DNA of 64,000 nt from an uncultured Collinsella sp. (GCA_937925265.1 CALEXE010000105.1:12557-76556); one strand, 5' to 3'; shown: positions 28,216-38,551, counted from the stretch's first letter. Notes: generated by a model not told the origin, from the letters alone. Numbers and translations: made by a program.

Positions 28216-29472
28216 CTACTTGTAATACGTCTTGAACAGCTTAAAGTGGCGCAGCTTGGTGTGCCACATGCGCAGCCAGCGGTTAAAGACAAAGTCGCCC
28301 TTCATAAACGAAGGGTCGGCGCCCTTGCCTTCCTTGTCCAGGCGATGCACCTTAGCGCGCAGCTCGGGATCCTTGACGTACTTGTCGACGACGCCCATGG
28401 GAACGACCATCCACAGCGCCTCGTCCTGCGCCGTCACAAACTCCGGCTCAAACGGGCGGTTGAACACATACTCGTCCACCACATACTTGGCAACGTTAAA
28501 GCCGCTGTTAGTGACGTAGTAGTTGCTGCGACCTTGGCGCGTGTTGAAATCGAAGAACTTAAACGAGCCGTCGCGTTCGTCGTACTTAACGTCAAAGTTG
28601 GAATAACCCACAAAGTGAAGGTCCTCGAGCAACTTGCGCACGCCGCCCATGAGCTCGTCATTGGGCTCGGTGATGATACAGGCGTGGTTGCCGACACCGT
28701 GAGGCTGATGCTCCTCGAGCAGCACGTGGCCCAGGCACATCATGCGGACCTTGCCGTTGCGGTCGGAATAGCTGGTGAGCACGCGCATATACTCGTCGTT
28801 GCCGGGCACGCGATCCTGCAAGATCAGGTCGTCGGTGTAGCCGCTGGCATACGAGTCGCGAATGACCTGTTCCAGCTCGGCACGGTCGGCAATCTCATAG
28901 GCCTTTTTCTGGCCCTCGAACTCGTGCTGCCACCACATGATGCCGTCGGAAGGCTTCAGGATCATCGGGTAAGGAAAATCGATCTGGTCGAGCACTTCGG
29001 CAGGTGCCTCGCCTTGGGCATTCAGCATCGCCATGGTGAAGGTAAAGGTATGCGGATAGGGCACGCCGTGCTTCTCGCACAGCTCGTAGAAGATCTCCTT
29101 CTTCTGACACTGCTCAAGCATGCTGTAGGGAGCGTAAGGCGCGACGATGTTATCCGCCAGCTCATGGGCATCCTTGGCCTGAGCCACGAGGGCAACATAG
29201 TTATCGCCACAGCCCACAAGGACAATCGTCTTGTCGGCATGCGCTTGGGCAATGCCGTTGACGGTTTTGAGCATCACGGGCATGGTGTCGATATCCACGT
29301 TGGGCGTGTAGTCGATAATCTGGCTGCGGTAAGCGGGACCCGTCTGGTACTTGCCAAAGACCAGACTCTTGACCTGGTACTCTTCGTAGAAGGCGCGCGC
29401 CACCGAATAGGCGTTGATGTCGCCTCCGAGCAGCACGGGAATGAACTCGCGCTCTGTAAACTGCAATGCCAT
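28216..29472 (-). CDS. ATP-grasp D-aspartate ligase (Asl-like)
   Basis: PVLLGGDINAYSVARAF, ILKPS, GHVLLEEH and NTRQGRSNYYV. Adjacent to an aspartate racemase. Confidence 0.85.
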   Translation of the reverse strand: MALQFTEREFIPVLLGGDINAYSVARAFYEEYQVKSLVFGKYQTGPAYRSQIIDYTPNVDIDTMPVMLKTVNGIAQAHADKTIVLVGCGDNYVALVAQAKDAHELADNIVAPYAPYSMLEQCQKKEIFYELCEKHGVPYPHTFTFTMAMLNAQGEAPAEVLDQIDFPYPMILKPSDGIMWWQHEFEGQKKAYEIADRAELEQVIRDSYASGYTDDLILQDRVPGNDEYMRVLTSYSDRNGKVRMMCLGHVLLEEHQPHGVGNHACIITEPNDELMGGVRKLLEDLHFVGYSNFDVKYDERDGSFKFFDFNTRQGRSNYYVTNSGFNVAKYVVDEYVFNRPFEPEFVTAQDEALWMVVPMGVVDKYVKDPELRAKVHRLDKEGKGADPSFMKGDFVFNRWLRMWHTKLRHFKLFKTYYK

Positions 29473-29866
29473 GGAAACTTCCTATCATGAACTGCCCACA
29501 CAACAGGCGGTCTTTGCGCAACTGATTTATTCTAGCGTGCCAAGCCGCCGGCGCCCAAAGCTCCACCGTATCTATGGCAATCGACGTGATCGTCCAGCAT
29601 AAAGCCGCACTCACCGCGATGGGGCCTTGTAGCCGCAAACCCCCTGTTGAGATAGCTTTCACGACCGAAAGCCCGTCCGCAAACAGGCCCCCGTAACGTT
29701 AAAGTTGAACTCTATGGTTTCTCAACAATTCATCATAACTGCAGGTCAAAGCCAAAGCCTCAAGTTCAACTTGACCCTTTGGAACCTTTAAGGTTCAAGT
29801 TGAGGTCGAAAGCAGTAGTAGAATACCGTTCGAACCATAACCTACGATTGATTGCAGAGGGACTGG

Positions 29867-31000
29867 ATGCAGCATTCGAATCATCGCGCCGCAGCGCTCA
29901 TTGCGTCGAAGCCGGCTCGTATCATCACGAGCGCCGCGCTCGCCGTTGCGCTGACGGCCACGCCGATGCTCTCCCCCGTTGCGGCGTATGCCGCCTCGCA
30001 GGCAACGCAGGACCAGCTTTCCGCAGCCCAGCAGAAGATCGAAGCCGCCACGAGCGCCTACAACGACGCCCGCACCAAACTCGATGACCTGCAAAAGCAG
30101 ATTGACTCCAATGAGGCAAGCATCGAGGAAATCGAGGCTAAGCTTCCCGAGCAGCAGGCCAAGGCAAGCTCCGCCATGCGCGATCTGTACAAGTATCAGA
30201 AGGGCACCAATCCCATCGTGAGCTTCCTGGTCAACGCGCAGAGCCTGGGTGAGTTCATCACGACCTGCAAATACACCAACCAGATCACGAGCTCGAGCGT
30301 CGACGAGATCGAACAGCTCAATAACATGCAAACCGAACTCGAGCAGAACAAGGCTGAGCTCCAGCAGGCCAAGTCTCAGCTTGAGGCAGAGCAGAAAAAC
30401 GCCGAGGATGCGTTGGCTCAGGCTCAGCAGCTCCGCAGCGAGGCACAGGCAAAAGCCGAGCAGGAAAATGCCGCCGAACTTGCCAAGCTTGAGGCCGATA
30501 AGGCCGCTGCCGCCGAGAAGCTCTCGGGCGAGGGCGTAAGCGGCAGCAATTCCAGCAGCCAGGCCACCAACACCAACACCACCATCGACACCACGGTGAA
30601 CAACGCCAATACCGGTAGCTCCGATTACGATTCGTTCATTAATGAGTGGACGAGCCGCATCGACAATTATCTCGCCGGCTCCCCCATGGCAGGCCAGGGC
30701 TATAACTTTGCCGTCGCCGCTTGGAATACCGGTGTCGACCCCCGTTGGTCCCCCGCCATCGCCTGCATCGAGAGCACCAAGGGTGCTTATTGCGCCAATT
30801 CTTACAACGCCTGGGGCTGGAGTGCCCGTGGCGGCGGTTGGCGCAGCTTTGGCAGCTGGAGCGAGGGCATCTCCGCTCACGTTGCCTATCTGGGCGCCAA
30901 CTACGGCTCCACCCTTACCCCGGCAGCGGCCAAAAAGTACTGCCCGCCCACGTGGCAGGACTGGTACAACAAAGTCGCCGCTCAGATGAACCGCATCTAA
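29867..31000 (+). CDS. secreted coiled-coil protein with C-terminal lysozyme/glucosaminidase-like domain (peptidoglycan hydrolase candidate)
   Basis: Signal peptide (AYA), PcsB/CwlO-like coiled coil, S/T/N linker, and AIACIES...YNAWGW. Confidence 0.75.
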   Translation: MQHSNHRAAALIASKPARIITSAALAVALTATPMLSPVAAYAASQATQDQLSAAQQKIEAATSAYNDARTKLDDLQKQIDSNEASIEEIEAKLPEQQAKASSAMRDLYKYQKGTNPIVSFLVNAQSLGEFITTCKYTNQITSSSVDEIEQLNNMQTELEQNKAELQQAKSQLEAEQKNAEDALAQAQQLRSEAQAKAEQENAAELAKLEADKAAAAEKLSGEGVSGSNSSSQATNTNTTIDTTVNNANTGSSDYDSFINEWTSRIDNYLAGSPMAGQGYNFAVAAWNTGVDPRWSPAIACIESTKGAYCANSYNAWGWSARGGGWRSFGSWSEGISAHVAYLGANYGSTLTPAAAKKYCPPTWQDWYNKVAAQMNRI

Positions 31001-31010
31001 GTGCAACTGC

Positions 31011-31038
31011 AAAGGGCCCCAATGGGGCCCTTTTCTTT
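31011..31038. terminator. terminator between convergent genes
   Basis: AAAGGGCCCC-AAT-GGGGCCCTTTT. Confidence 0.75.
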
Positions 31039-32417
31039 TAGGTAGCGGAGGTATCGACGACGCCGGTCGCATTGGCAACCGCGACTACGACGATCATGCA
31101 TAGGAGCAGCACGCCCAATGCCTTGAGCCAGAGTTTCGCGAGCTTCTTGCCGCGATAGCTGTCGAGCAGTGCGAATCGCCGACGAAGACGGCGCTTATCG
31201 AGCAGCGCAAAATGCATAAGCACCATAAGGCCATCGACAAAGAAAAAATACTCGATTATGAGAAGCCACGTCGGGTAGCTTTGGTTTGCTCCCGTGGGGT
31301 GAAAGACGGCAAAGTGACTTCCGGCAAAGAACACAAGTAGCGAGAAGCAGACGAGCGTATTCCAAATGCGGCCCAGAGACTCCGGAACGCGAGAGAGCAG
31401 GCCGCATGCAGCGGAGGCGGCGGGCCTAGGAAGCCCTGCGGGGTTCTGGAGCCCTTGGAGCGTCAACACCGTCTCCGAGGCCGGAGTACGGACAGGCGCA
31501 GGTGTAGGAGGCCGCACGGGGCGGCTCAGATCGTATGCCGAGCGCGTCGCCCGTCCCAACGCTTCCGCACTCGCAAAACGCTTGGCCGGGTCGAGCGCCA
31601 TCGACATGCAGACGGCATCGGCAAGTGGAGTGGGAATGCCATGCGCCTCGCATTGCTCGCGCATGTCGAGCCCTGGTTTAGGGTCGACTCCCGTCAAGCA
31701 GAAGAACAACAGGGCGCCCAGTGCGTAGACGTCGCTGCGCACACTCGTCTGCCCAAACCCATACTGCTCGGGTGGCGCATAGGGTCGCGTGCCGAACTTG
31801 ACGGTGTCTGCATCGGCGCCATCGCGCCACACGCGCGCGATCCCCAAGTCAATAATCACCAGCGACGAAAACGTCAGGCCGTCATCAGGCGTATAGTTGG
31901 CACCTGTCACGATGATATTCGACGGCTTGAGGTCGCGATGGATCACCGGCGCCGACGTCTCCCCCGCCATTGCAAAACCGGCGTGGAGCTCGCCCACGGC
32001 ATCGCATAGGGCAGGATACAATTCACGCGCATAATCGGGGGTGGCTCCCAGACGGTCCACCAGCACCCTGAGCGTCTCCCCTTCGATGTATTCCATAACC
32101 ACGTTGAGCTCGTCGCCCACACGACGACAATCGACGATTCTGGGCAGGTGCTCAAAACGCCTGCCTGCCCGCTGGGCGGCAAACAGACGCTCGTATGCCC
32201 CGCCGATTTGAGCCGAGGCATCGATGCGTTTACGGACAAAGGGGCCGAGCGAACCACCGCCGGTTCCTTCAAAGTACACGAGCTCGGTTGTTTCAACGGA
32301 CGAGCGCTTAAGTACACGCTCCACGCGATAGCTGTCGTCGCGACCGAGCGACGCCAGATGTTCGGCAAGCGCTGCGGTCAGCTCGTCATCGGAATATGTT
32401 GTGGTCTGAGTATCCAT
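31038..32417 (-). CDS. Hanks-type Ser/Thr protein kinase with C-terminal TM helices
   Basis: MEYIEG, IHRDLKPSNI, IDLGIAR, GTRPYAPPEQ and SDVYALG. Confidence 0.9.
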   Translation of the reverse strand: MDTQTTTYSDDELTAALAEHLASLGRDDSYRVERVLKRSSVETTELVYFEGTGGGSLGPFVRKRIDASAQIGGAYERLFAAQRAGRRFEHLPRIVDCRRVGDELNVVMEYIEGETLRVLVDRLGATPDYARELYPALCDAVGELHAGFAMAGETSAPVIHRDLKPSNIIVTGANYTPDDGLTFSSLVIIDLGIARVWRDGADADTVKFGTRPYAPPEQYGFGQTSVRSDVYALGALLFFCLTGVDPKPGLDMREQCEAHGIPTPLADAVCMSMALDPAKRFASAEALGRATRSAYDLSRPVRPPTPAPVRTPASETVLTLQGLQNPAGLPRPAASAACGLLSRVPESLGRIWNTLVCFSLLVFFAGSHFAVFHPTGANQSYPTWLLIIEYFFFVDGLMVLMHFALLDKRRLRRRFALLDSYRGKKLAKLWLKALGVLLLCMIVVVAVANATGVVDTSAT

Positions 32418-32515
32418 AGCCTCCATCATAGCGCAGGGCGCAGACACCCCATGGCATCCGCGCCCCGTTCGTTTGCATCGTTGTTCGGCAGCTCCGCCGG
32501 CTCAGATATCAGCCG

Positions 32516-32938
32516 CTAACTCACCGTCTCCTCGCCAAAGCGATACAGCTCCTCGTTGACCTTTTGGAGGCTGCACCCGCGATCGATGCAAAAGATGATA
32601 ATCGCATCACGGCGATCCTTGCAGTTGAGGACGCTTACCCCGGCAGCCGTCAGTGCACGGTTGGCCTCTTTGAGCGTCAGCGCCATCGCAAAGGCAATCT
32701 GCAGCACCTTATTGCGACTCGGGTGACGCGCACCGGTAAAGATCTGATAGCCGAAGGTCTCATTGAGATCGGCCATACGAACCACGCGCGAGCGCTCCAA
32801 GCCCTTTTCCTGCAGCAGCTGCTTCAGGTAGTCCGAAAGCGACGGGGCGGCAAAGTCGTGCTCCCTGATATAGCCATCGATGTTCGGCGCATCGAGAAGC
32901 TCATTGAGCAGCTCCTCGGTCAGCTTTTTATCGGGCAT
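32516..32938 (-). CDS. XRE-like helix-turn-helix protein
   Basis: RSRVVRMADLNETFGYQIFTGARHPSRNKVLQIAFAM. GGAGG RBS. Confidence 0.7.
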   Translation of the reverse strand: MPDKKLTEELLNELLDAPNIDGYIREHDFAAPSLSDYLKQLLQEKGLERSRVVRMADLNETFGYQIFTGARHPSRNKVLQIAFAMALTLKEANRALTAAGVSVLNCKDRRDAIIIFCIDRGCSLQKVNEELYRFGEETVS

Positions 32939-32971
32939 ACGACTTCACCTCCCCCCAGTGCATGCAACATG

Positions 32972-33415
32972 CTAAAAACCGCTTACATCCGAACGCTCCC
33001 AGCTAGCAACCTGGTCAGGAGACACCGTACCCAGCGCCTCGAACTTCCAGGAGCCGCCCGCCTTCAGATGATTGGTGTTTGCAAGAGCCGTTCCAACCTG
33101 GTTGCCATCGGCATCATACAGAACATACTCAATCTGAATGTAGCTCTTTTCCTTGTCCGTGTTATTGGTCAGCGTGCCCGTGATCTTATAGGCAAACTGA
33201 TTGGAGGTGTCTTCAGCCTCGTCAGCAATGGTATACGGTTCTTGCGGTTCTTTTTGCTCCTCAGCCTGCTGTGTCGCCTCGGCAGGTTTTGCCGAATCGC
33301 TCGCAGACGAATCGGTTGAATTGCCACCCATAGAGCCCACGGCACCGACGATAACCAGCACCACGATGACGCCTAGGACAATCTTGCCGATCGGCTTCTT
33401 TCCCTCTTTTGCCAT
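32972..33415 (-). CDS. membrane-anchored FxLYD domain protein
   Basis: N-terminal TM segment; ITGTLTNNT...YVLYDADGNQVG...WKFEA. Confidence 0.8.
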   Translation of the reverse strand: MAKEGKKPIGKIVLGVIVVLVIVGAVGSMGGNSTDSSASDSAKPAEATQQAEEQKEPQEPYTIADEAEDTSNQFAYKITGTLTNNTDKEKSYIQIEYVLYDADGNQVGTALANTNHLKAGGSWKFEALGTVSPDQVASWERSDVSGF

Positions 33416-33579
33416 TATGCATCCTTCCTATGATCCGGCTACCGCGCCGGCGCACAGCACATCGTAGGAAGGATTGGACTTGAATTCATTAGCTGTGAGC
33501 TAAAGTTGCGATAAACGGCCAATGCAGTTATCCAAACGCCGAGCAAACGCACTTTGCACGACCGTCTGCTGGCTGTGTA

Positions 33580-33906
33580 TCAACCCAACGTGACGGATTC
33601 CCCGGTAAAGGTACTCGCAAGCAACAGGATAAAGAAAACTAAATAGCTGATGCTCAATAGGTAGGCGACGACTAAAAAGATGGTCCATCCAACATTGGTC
33701 TTACCATCGGCACGACGTTGCTCGCGAGAACGGCACAGCCAGACCGTCACGCCAATGGCCACAATCAGCAGCACGAGCGCCGCCGCGGCCAACCCGGCAA
33801 GCGCAAACATCACGCCAATGCTCACAGCAATAACCGGAAGCAGCAGCAAGCCACACCCGCATCCACCCGGACTATATACGGAAGACTGTCGGCGCTTCAT
33901 CGTCAC
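33580..33906 (-). CDS. hypothetical membrane protein
   Basis: Three hydrophobic segments. Overlaps the stop of the upstream gene by 4 nt. Confidence 0.65.
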   Translation of the reverse strand: MTMKRRQSSVYSPGGCGCGLLLLPVIAVSIGVMFALAGLAAAALVLLIVAIGVTVWLCRSREQRRADGKTNVGWTIFLVVAYLLSISYLVFFILLLASTFTGESVTLG

Positions 33907-35090
33907 TCCAAGTTAAGCAATCGTTTGTAGACATCGAGGCCTTTGAGTAGGATTTCCTCGTCAAAGAGCATGGTATCAGTGTGAAGGGCGCTCGTGGCAT
34001 AGGCGGGACAGCCATCCGAATCGATCGGATTATCTTGTCCCTCCGGCACGCCCGTACCCAGGAGGAAGAACACGCCTGGCAGATGGCGCTGATAGAAAGC
34101 GAAGTCCTCGGCAATCAGCAAAGGCTCATCCACGAGTTGCAGCTCGGACAAGACAGGCGCAATGTGGGCGAACAGCTCGGGATCGTTATCGACCGGCGGA
34201 TAGCCCTCGGCAAAATCGAGGTCATATGTGCAGCCCGTTGCGACGCAGGCATCGTCCAGCACGCGGCGCACGCCCTCGCGCGCGCGGTCGAACATGTCGT
34301 CCGTAAACACACGTAGGCTGCCGGCAACATGGGCCTCCCCCGCCACCGCATTGCAGACGGTGCCGGCCTGCAGCAGGCCGAACTTACCAATGCAGGGCTC
34401 GTCGACACCCAACTCGTCCATGAGCTCGCGCTCGGAAACCAAGAACTTGGCAGCCGCCAGCGCCGCATCGTGCGACTCCTCGACCGGAACGCCATAGGTC
34501 TTAGCGATATGGATGCTCGTGCCATGGATATGAATGTGTGTCTCACTCGAACGCGCCAGCAACGGACCGGAGCAGCTCGCCAACGTGCCGGCGGGCAGAT
34601 CGGGCCACACGTGGAAGCCGAAGATGCGATCCACCCCGTAGCGCTCGAACACGCCGCTCTCGCACACCGTCTTGGCACCACCAGTCGTCTCCTCGGCCGG
34701 CTGAAACACAAAGAGCACATTGCGCTTAATGGCGCCCGGCTGCTCACGGATCGTACGGTCGACAAAGGTTGCCGCCGAAAGCGCCATGGCCATGTGTCCA
34801 TCGTGCCCGCAAGCATGCATCTTGCCGGGATGGGTCGAAGCGAACGCTGCCCCCGTTGCCTCGGCAATGGGCAGCGCATCCATATCGGCGCGAATCGCCG
34901 TGGCATGCGCGGCGCCAACGCCAGCGTCGAAGAAAGCGCAGACGCAGCCGGGGCACGGATGGGTCACATCGCAGGTGAGCGGCGCCAACACGCCCTCGAT
35001 ATAGGCGATCGTCTGCGGAAGATCGAAGTCGAGCTCCGGGATCCTGTGCAAGTCGCGGCGGTAGCGACGGAGTTCTTGGAGCTCGGCCAT
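33903..35090 (-). CDS. M20 amidohydrolase, probable N-acetyl-diaminopimelate deacetylase
   Basis: RRDLHRIPE, RADMDALP, MHACGHDGH, FQPAEE and AEDF. Divergent from an operon containing dapH. Confidence 0.8.
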   Translation of the reverse strand: MAELQELRRYRRDLHRIPELDFDLPQTIAYIEGVLAPLTCDVTHPCPGCVCAFFDAGVGAAHATAIRADMDALPIAEATGAAFASTHPGKMHACGHDGHMAMALSAATFVDRTIREQPGAIKRNVLFVFQPAEETTGGAKTVCESGVFERYGVDRIFGFHVWPDLPAGTLASCSGPLLARSSETHIHIHGTSIHIAKTYGVPVEESHDAALAAAKFLVSERELMDELGVDEPCIGKFGLLQAGTVCNAVAGEAHVAGSLRVFTDDMFDRAREGVRRVLDDACVATGCTYDLDFAEGYPPVDNDPELFAHIAPVLSELQLVDEPLLIAEDFAFYQRHLPGVFFLLGTGVPEGQDNPIDSDGCPAYATSALHTDTMLFDEEILLKGLDVYKRLLNLE

Positions 35091-35241
35091 ATTGGTTCCT
35101 TTCGTAGGTGCGCGTCGGCTGCTATCTATTGTGCCGCAAGATTGCTACACCCTTATTTCCAGCATATCCCTGCATTTTTTAAACGTTATATACGAATACT
35201 CTTGTTTGGTAAAGTGCAACGTGGTAGGGTCGTTACCACTT

Positions 35242-35398
35242 GATAGAGGCGCGGGCACGAAGAGCCGCGGGCGAGCCGGCAGGCTTTGACCCCGCGGGGA
35301 GGCGAAACCCGCCGAACTGGGTTTTTCGGGCACGAACAGCCTGGTGGGCCTGCGGGAAACACCCGCAGGACTGTCTGCAGCAATGCGGGAGCGCTATC
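35242..35398 (+). ncRNA. lysine riboswitch
   Basis: GATAGAGGCGCG...GCCGAA...GGACTGTC...GGAGCGCTATC core with P1 closure, upstream of lysine biosynthesis genes. Confidence 0.92.
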
Positions 35399-35469
35399 CG
35401 GACATTGGGTCCACGCTATGCGGATTCGATGCGCAGGTAGCGCCGTCTGGATAGCGAGGTTTACGGGAC

Positions 35470-37779
35470 ATGTCATTGACTCCCAACGAGGCATATGCGG
35501 CCAAGCAGCCGTTTGTGGACAAGGAGACGCTCGAGCATATCGTCGAGCAGTTCCCCACGCCGTTTCATCTATACGACGAGGCGGGCATCCGCCGCAACAT
35601 GCAAGAAGTGCGCGACGCCTTTGCATGGAACCCGGGCTTTAAGGAATACTTTGCCGTCAAGGCCAACCCCAATCCGGCACTCATCTCCATTCTCAACGAA
35701 TACGGCTGCGGCTGCGATTGCTCGAGCTATACCGAGCTCATGATCGCCCGCTCGCTGGGTATCACCGGCCACGACATCATGTTCTCGTCCAACGACACGC
35801 CGGCGGCGGACTTTGCCCTTGCAGATAAACTGGGCGCCATCGTCAACTTTGACGACATAAGCCACATCGAGTTCTTTGAGCGCGTCGCGGGCCCCATCCC
35901 CAAGACGGTAAGCTGCCGTTTTAACCCGGGCGGCCTGTACCAGCTCTCCAACGGCATCATGGACAACCCGGGCGACTCCAAGTACGGCATGACCACCGAG
36001 CAGCTCTTCGAGGCTTTCCGCATGCTCAAGGCCAAGGGCGCCGAGAATTTTGGCATCCATGCCTTCCTTGCCAGTAATACCGTCACTAACGACTACTATC
36101 CCAAGCTCGCACGCATCCTCTTTGAGCTTGCCGTGCGCCTGGAGCGTGAAACGGGCGCACATGTCGCCTTTATCAATCTGTCCGGCGGTGTGGGTATCCC
36201 CTACCTGCCCGAGCAGCAGGCTAACGACATCCGTGCCATCGGCGAGGGCGTACACGCGGCCTACGACGAGATCCTGGTTCCCGCCGGCATGGGCGATGTG
36301 GCGATTTGCACCGAGATGGGTCGCTTTATGATGGGCCCCTACGGCTGCCTGGTGACCAAGGCCATCCACGAAAAGCAGATCTACAAGGACTATATCGGCG
36401 TGGACGCAAGCGCCGTCGACCTCATTCGTCCCGCCATGTATGGCGCTTACCACCACATCACGGTGATGGGTCAGCCGGGTGGCGCCGACAAGACCGCAGC
36501 ACCCGTTACGGACACCTACGACATCACGGGCAATCTGTGTGAGAACAATGACAAGTTCGCCATTGATCGCGAGCTGCCGCATATCGACATGGGCGACCTG
36601 CTCGTGATCCACGATACCGGCGCGCATGGCTACTCCATGGGCTACAACTACAACGGCCGTCTGCGCTCCGCCGAGGTGCTGCTGCGCCCCGATGGCTCGG
36701 CCGACCTCATCCGCCGCGCCGAGCGCCCGGGCGACTACTTTGCCACGCTCGACGTGCTGCCGTGCGGCCGAGAGTTGCTGGCCAAGTCGCGCGCCGAAAG
36801 TGCCCGCCGCCGCGCTCAGGACGAGCGCCTGGCCGTCGCCGCTCAGTGGAACAAACGCATCCAGATCGCGGAAGCGAAGGAGAAGAACATGGACATCCGC
36901 AATCTCGAGGGTTCAATCGTCGCCCTTGTCACGCCGTTTAAAAAGGACGGCAGTGTCGACTTTGACGCGCTCGAGCGCCTTATCGATTTCCACCTGCAAA
37001 ATGGCACCGACGCCATCCTCACCCTGGGCACCACCGGAGAGAGTGCCACGATGACCGACGACGAGGACAACTCCGTTGTCGCCGCAGTGGTCAAGCAGGT
37101 TGCGGGCCGAGTCCCCGTTATTGCCGGCTCGGGCTCTAACTCCACGCAGACCATGCTCACTAAGTCGCTCACTTACCAGGGCCTGGGCGCCGATGGTCTG
37201 CTGCTCATTACCCCCTACTACAACAAGTCTAACGAAGAGGGCATCTACCAGCACTTTAAGACCGTGGCCGACGCCGTGGACATCCCCTGCATTCTGTACA
37301 ACATCCCCGGCCGCTGTGGCTGCGGCATCAGCGAGCGCAACGTAGAGCGCTTGGCCGCGCACCCCAACATCATGGGCATCAAGGAGGCCTCGGGCAACGT
37401 CGCCTACGCGGCCAAGATCGCCCACCTGCTGTCAGACGACTTCCGCATGTACTCGGGCGAGGATGCCCTCACCGTGCCGCTCATGAGCCTAGGCGCTTCG
37501 GGTACCATCAGCGTGTGGGCAGACGTTCAGCCGCAGCTCGTGCACGACATGTGCCGTGCCTATCTGGACGGCGACGTGGAGCGCGCCCGCGATATCCAGA
37601 TTGCCGGTCAGCCGCTCATCAACGCCCTCTTTAGTGAGGTCAACCCCATCCCCGTCAAAGAGGCGCTCGCTCAGATGGGTATGATCGAGGCAAACTACCG
37701 TATGCCGCTGTGCCCCATGGCCAACGACACGCGCGCTGCACTTACCGATGCTTTGAAGGGAGCTGGTCTGCTTGATTAA
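35470..37779 (+). CDS. lysA: in-frame fusion of diaminopimelate decarboxylase (LysA) and dihydrodipicolinate synthase (DapA)
   Basis: N-terminal half has FAVKANP, GNLCENND and HDTGAHG. C-terminal half has ALVTPF, GTTGES, LYNIPGR, IKEASG and NPIPVK. No stop between them. Confidence 0.92.
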   Translation: MSLTPNEAYAAKQPFVDKETLEHIVEQFPTPFHLYDEAGIRRNMQEVRDAFAWNPGFKEYFAVKANPNPALISILNEYGCGCDCSSYTELMIARSLGITGHDIMFSSNDTPAADFALADKLGAIVNFDDISHIEFFERVAGPIPKTVSCRFNPGGLYQLSNGIMDNPGDSKYGMTTEQLFEAFRMLKAKGAENFGIHAFLASNTVTNDYYPKLARILFELAVRLERETGAHVAFINLSGGVGIPYLPEQQANDIRAIGEGVHAAYDEILVPAGMGDVAICTEMGRFMMGPYGCLVTKAIHEKQIYKDYIGVDASAVDLIRPAMYGAYHHITVMGQPGGADKTAAPVTDTYDITGNLCENNDKFAIDRELPHIDMGDLLVIHDTGAHGYSMGYNYNGRLRSAEVLLRPDGSADLIRRAERPGDYFATLDVLPCGRELLAKSRAESARRRAQDERLAVAAQWNKRIQIAEAKEKNMDIRNLEGSIVALVTPFKKDGSVDFDALERLIDFHLQNGTDAILTLGTTGESATMTDDEDNSVVAAVVKQVAGRVPVIAGSGSNSTQTMLTKSLTYQGLGADGLLLITPYYNKSNEEGIYQHFKTVADAVDIPCILYNIPGRCGCGISERNVERLAAHPNIMGIKEASGNVAYAAKIAHLLSDDFRMYSGEDALTVPLMSLGASGTISVWADVQPQLVHDMCRAYLDGDVERARDIQIAGQPLINALFSEVNPIPVKEALAQMGMIEANYRMPLCPMANDTRAALTDALKGAGLLD

Positions 37780-38512
37780 GACCGTCATTATGGGAACGGG
37801 CCGCATGGGCTCGCTCATCCGCACTACCGCCGAGGGCATTGTCAACGCCGCTGGAGAGGCCGTTTTTGACATCGTCGCCCAGATCGGCTTCGACTTGTCC
37901 GAGCTCGAGAACGCCCCAGCAGCCGACGTCATCATCGACTTCTCGAACGTTGCGGCCTTCAATGCTGTCGTCGCCTATGTCGAGCGCACGGGCGCGGCGT
38001 TGGTCTCGGGCACCACGGGCTACACGCCCGAGCAGATGGATCGCCTGCGCGAGCTGGGTCAGAACGCCCGCGTCATGCACTCCGGCAATTACTCCATCGG
38101 CATCGCGGCCCTGCGTCATCTGGTGGCACAGGCCACGCGTGAGCTGCCCGGCTTTGACTGCGAGATTGTCGAGACGCACCACAACCAAAAGGCCGACGCC
38201 CCCAGCGGCACCGCGAAGCTGCTGCTCGACGCCGTCGTCGAAGCCGAGCCCGAGGCAGGTTACCACCCCGTCTATGGCCGCGAGGGCATGTGCGGCGCAC
38301 GCGACCCCAAGGAGATCGGCATGCACTCGCTGCGCGGTGGCACTGTCGCCGGCGTGCACGAGGTGAGTTTCTTTGGCCAGGACGAGGAGGTCACGCTCAC
38401 ACACCGTGCCACGAGCCGCCAGATCTTTGTCAACGGCGCCCTGGCCGCCGCCCAGAAGCTCATCACCCGCGACCCCGGCTTCTACACCTTCGACCAGGTC
38501 ATGTTTGCCTAA
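37772..38512 (+). CDS. dapB: 4-hydroxy-tetrahydrodipicolinate reductase
   Basis: GTGRMG, IDFS, SGTTG and ETHHNQKADAPSGTA. Confidence 0.95.
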   Translation: MIKTVIMGTGRMGSLIRTTAEGIVNAAGEAVFDIVAQIGFDLSELENAPAADVIIDFSNVAAFNAVVAYVERTGAALVSGTTGYTPEQMDRLRELGQNARVMHSGNYSIGIAALRHLVAQATRELPGFDCEIVETHHNQKADAPSGTAKLLLDAVVEAEPEAGYHPVYGREGMCGARDPKEIGMHSLRGGTVAGVHEVSFFGQDEEVTLTHRATSRQIFVNGALAAAQKLITRDPGFYTFDQVMFA

Positions 38513-38551
38513 CCAGGTATCAACCGTATCCACGAAAAGGAGAAACAGCAT

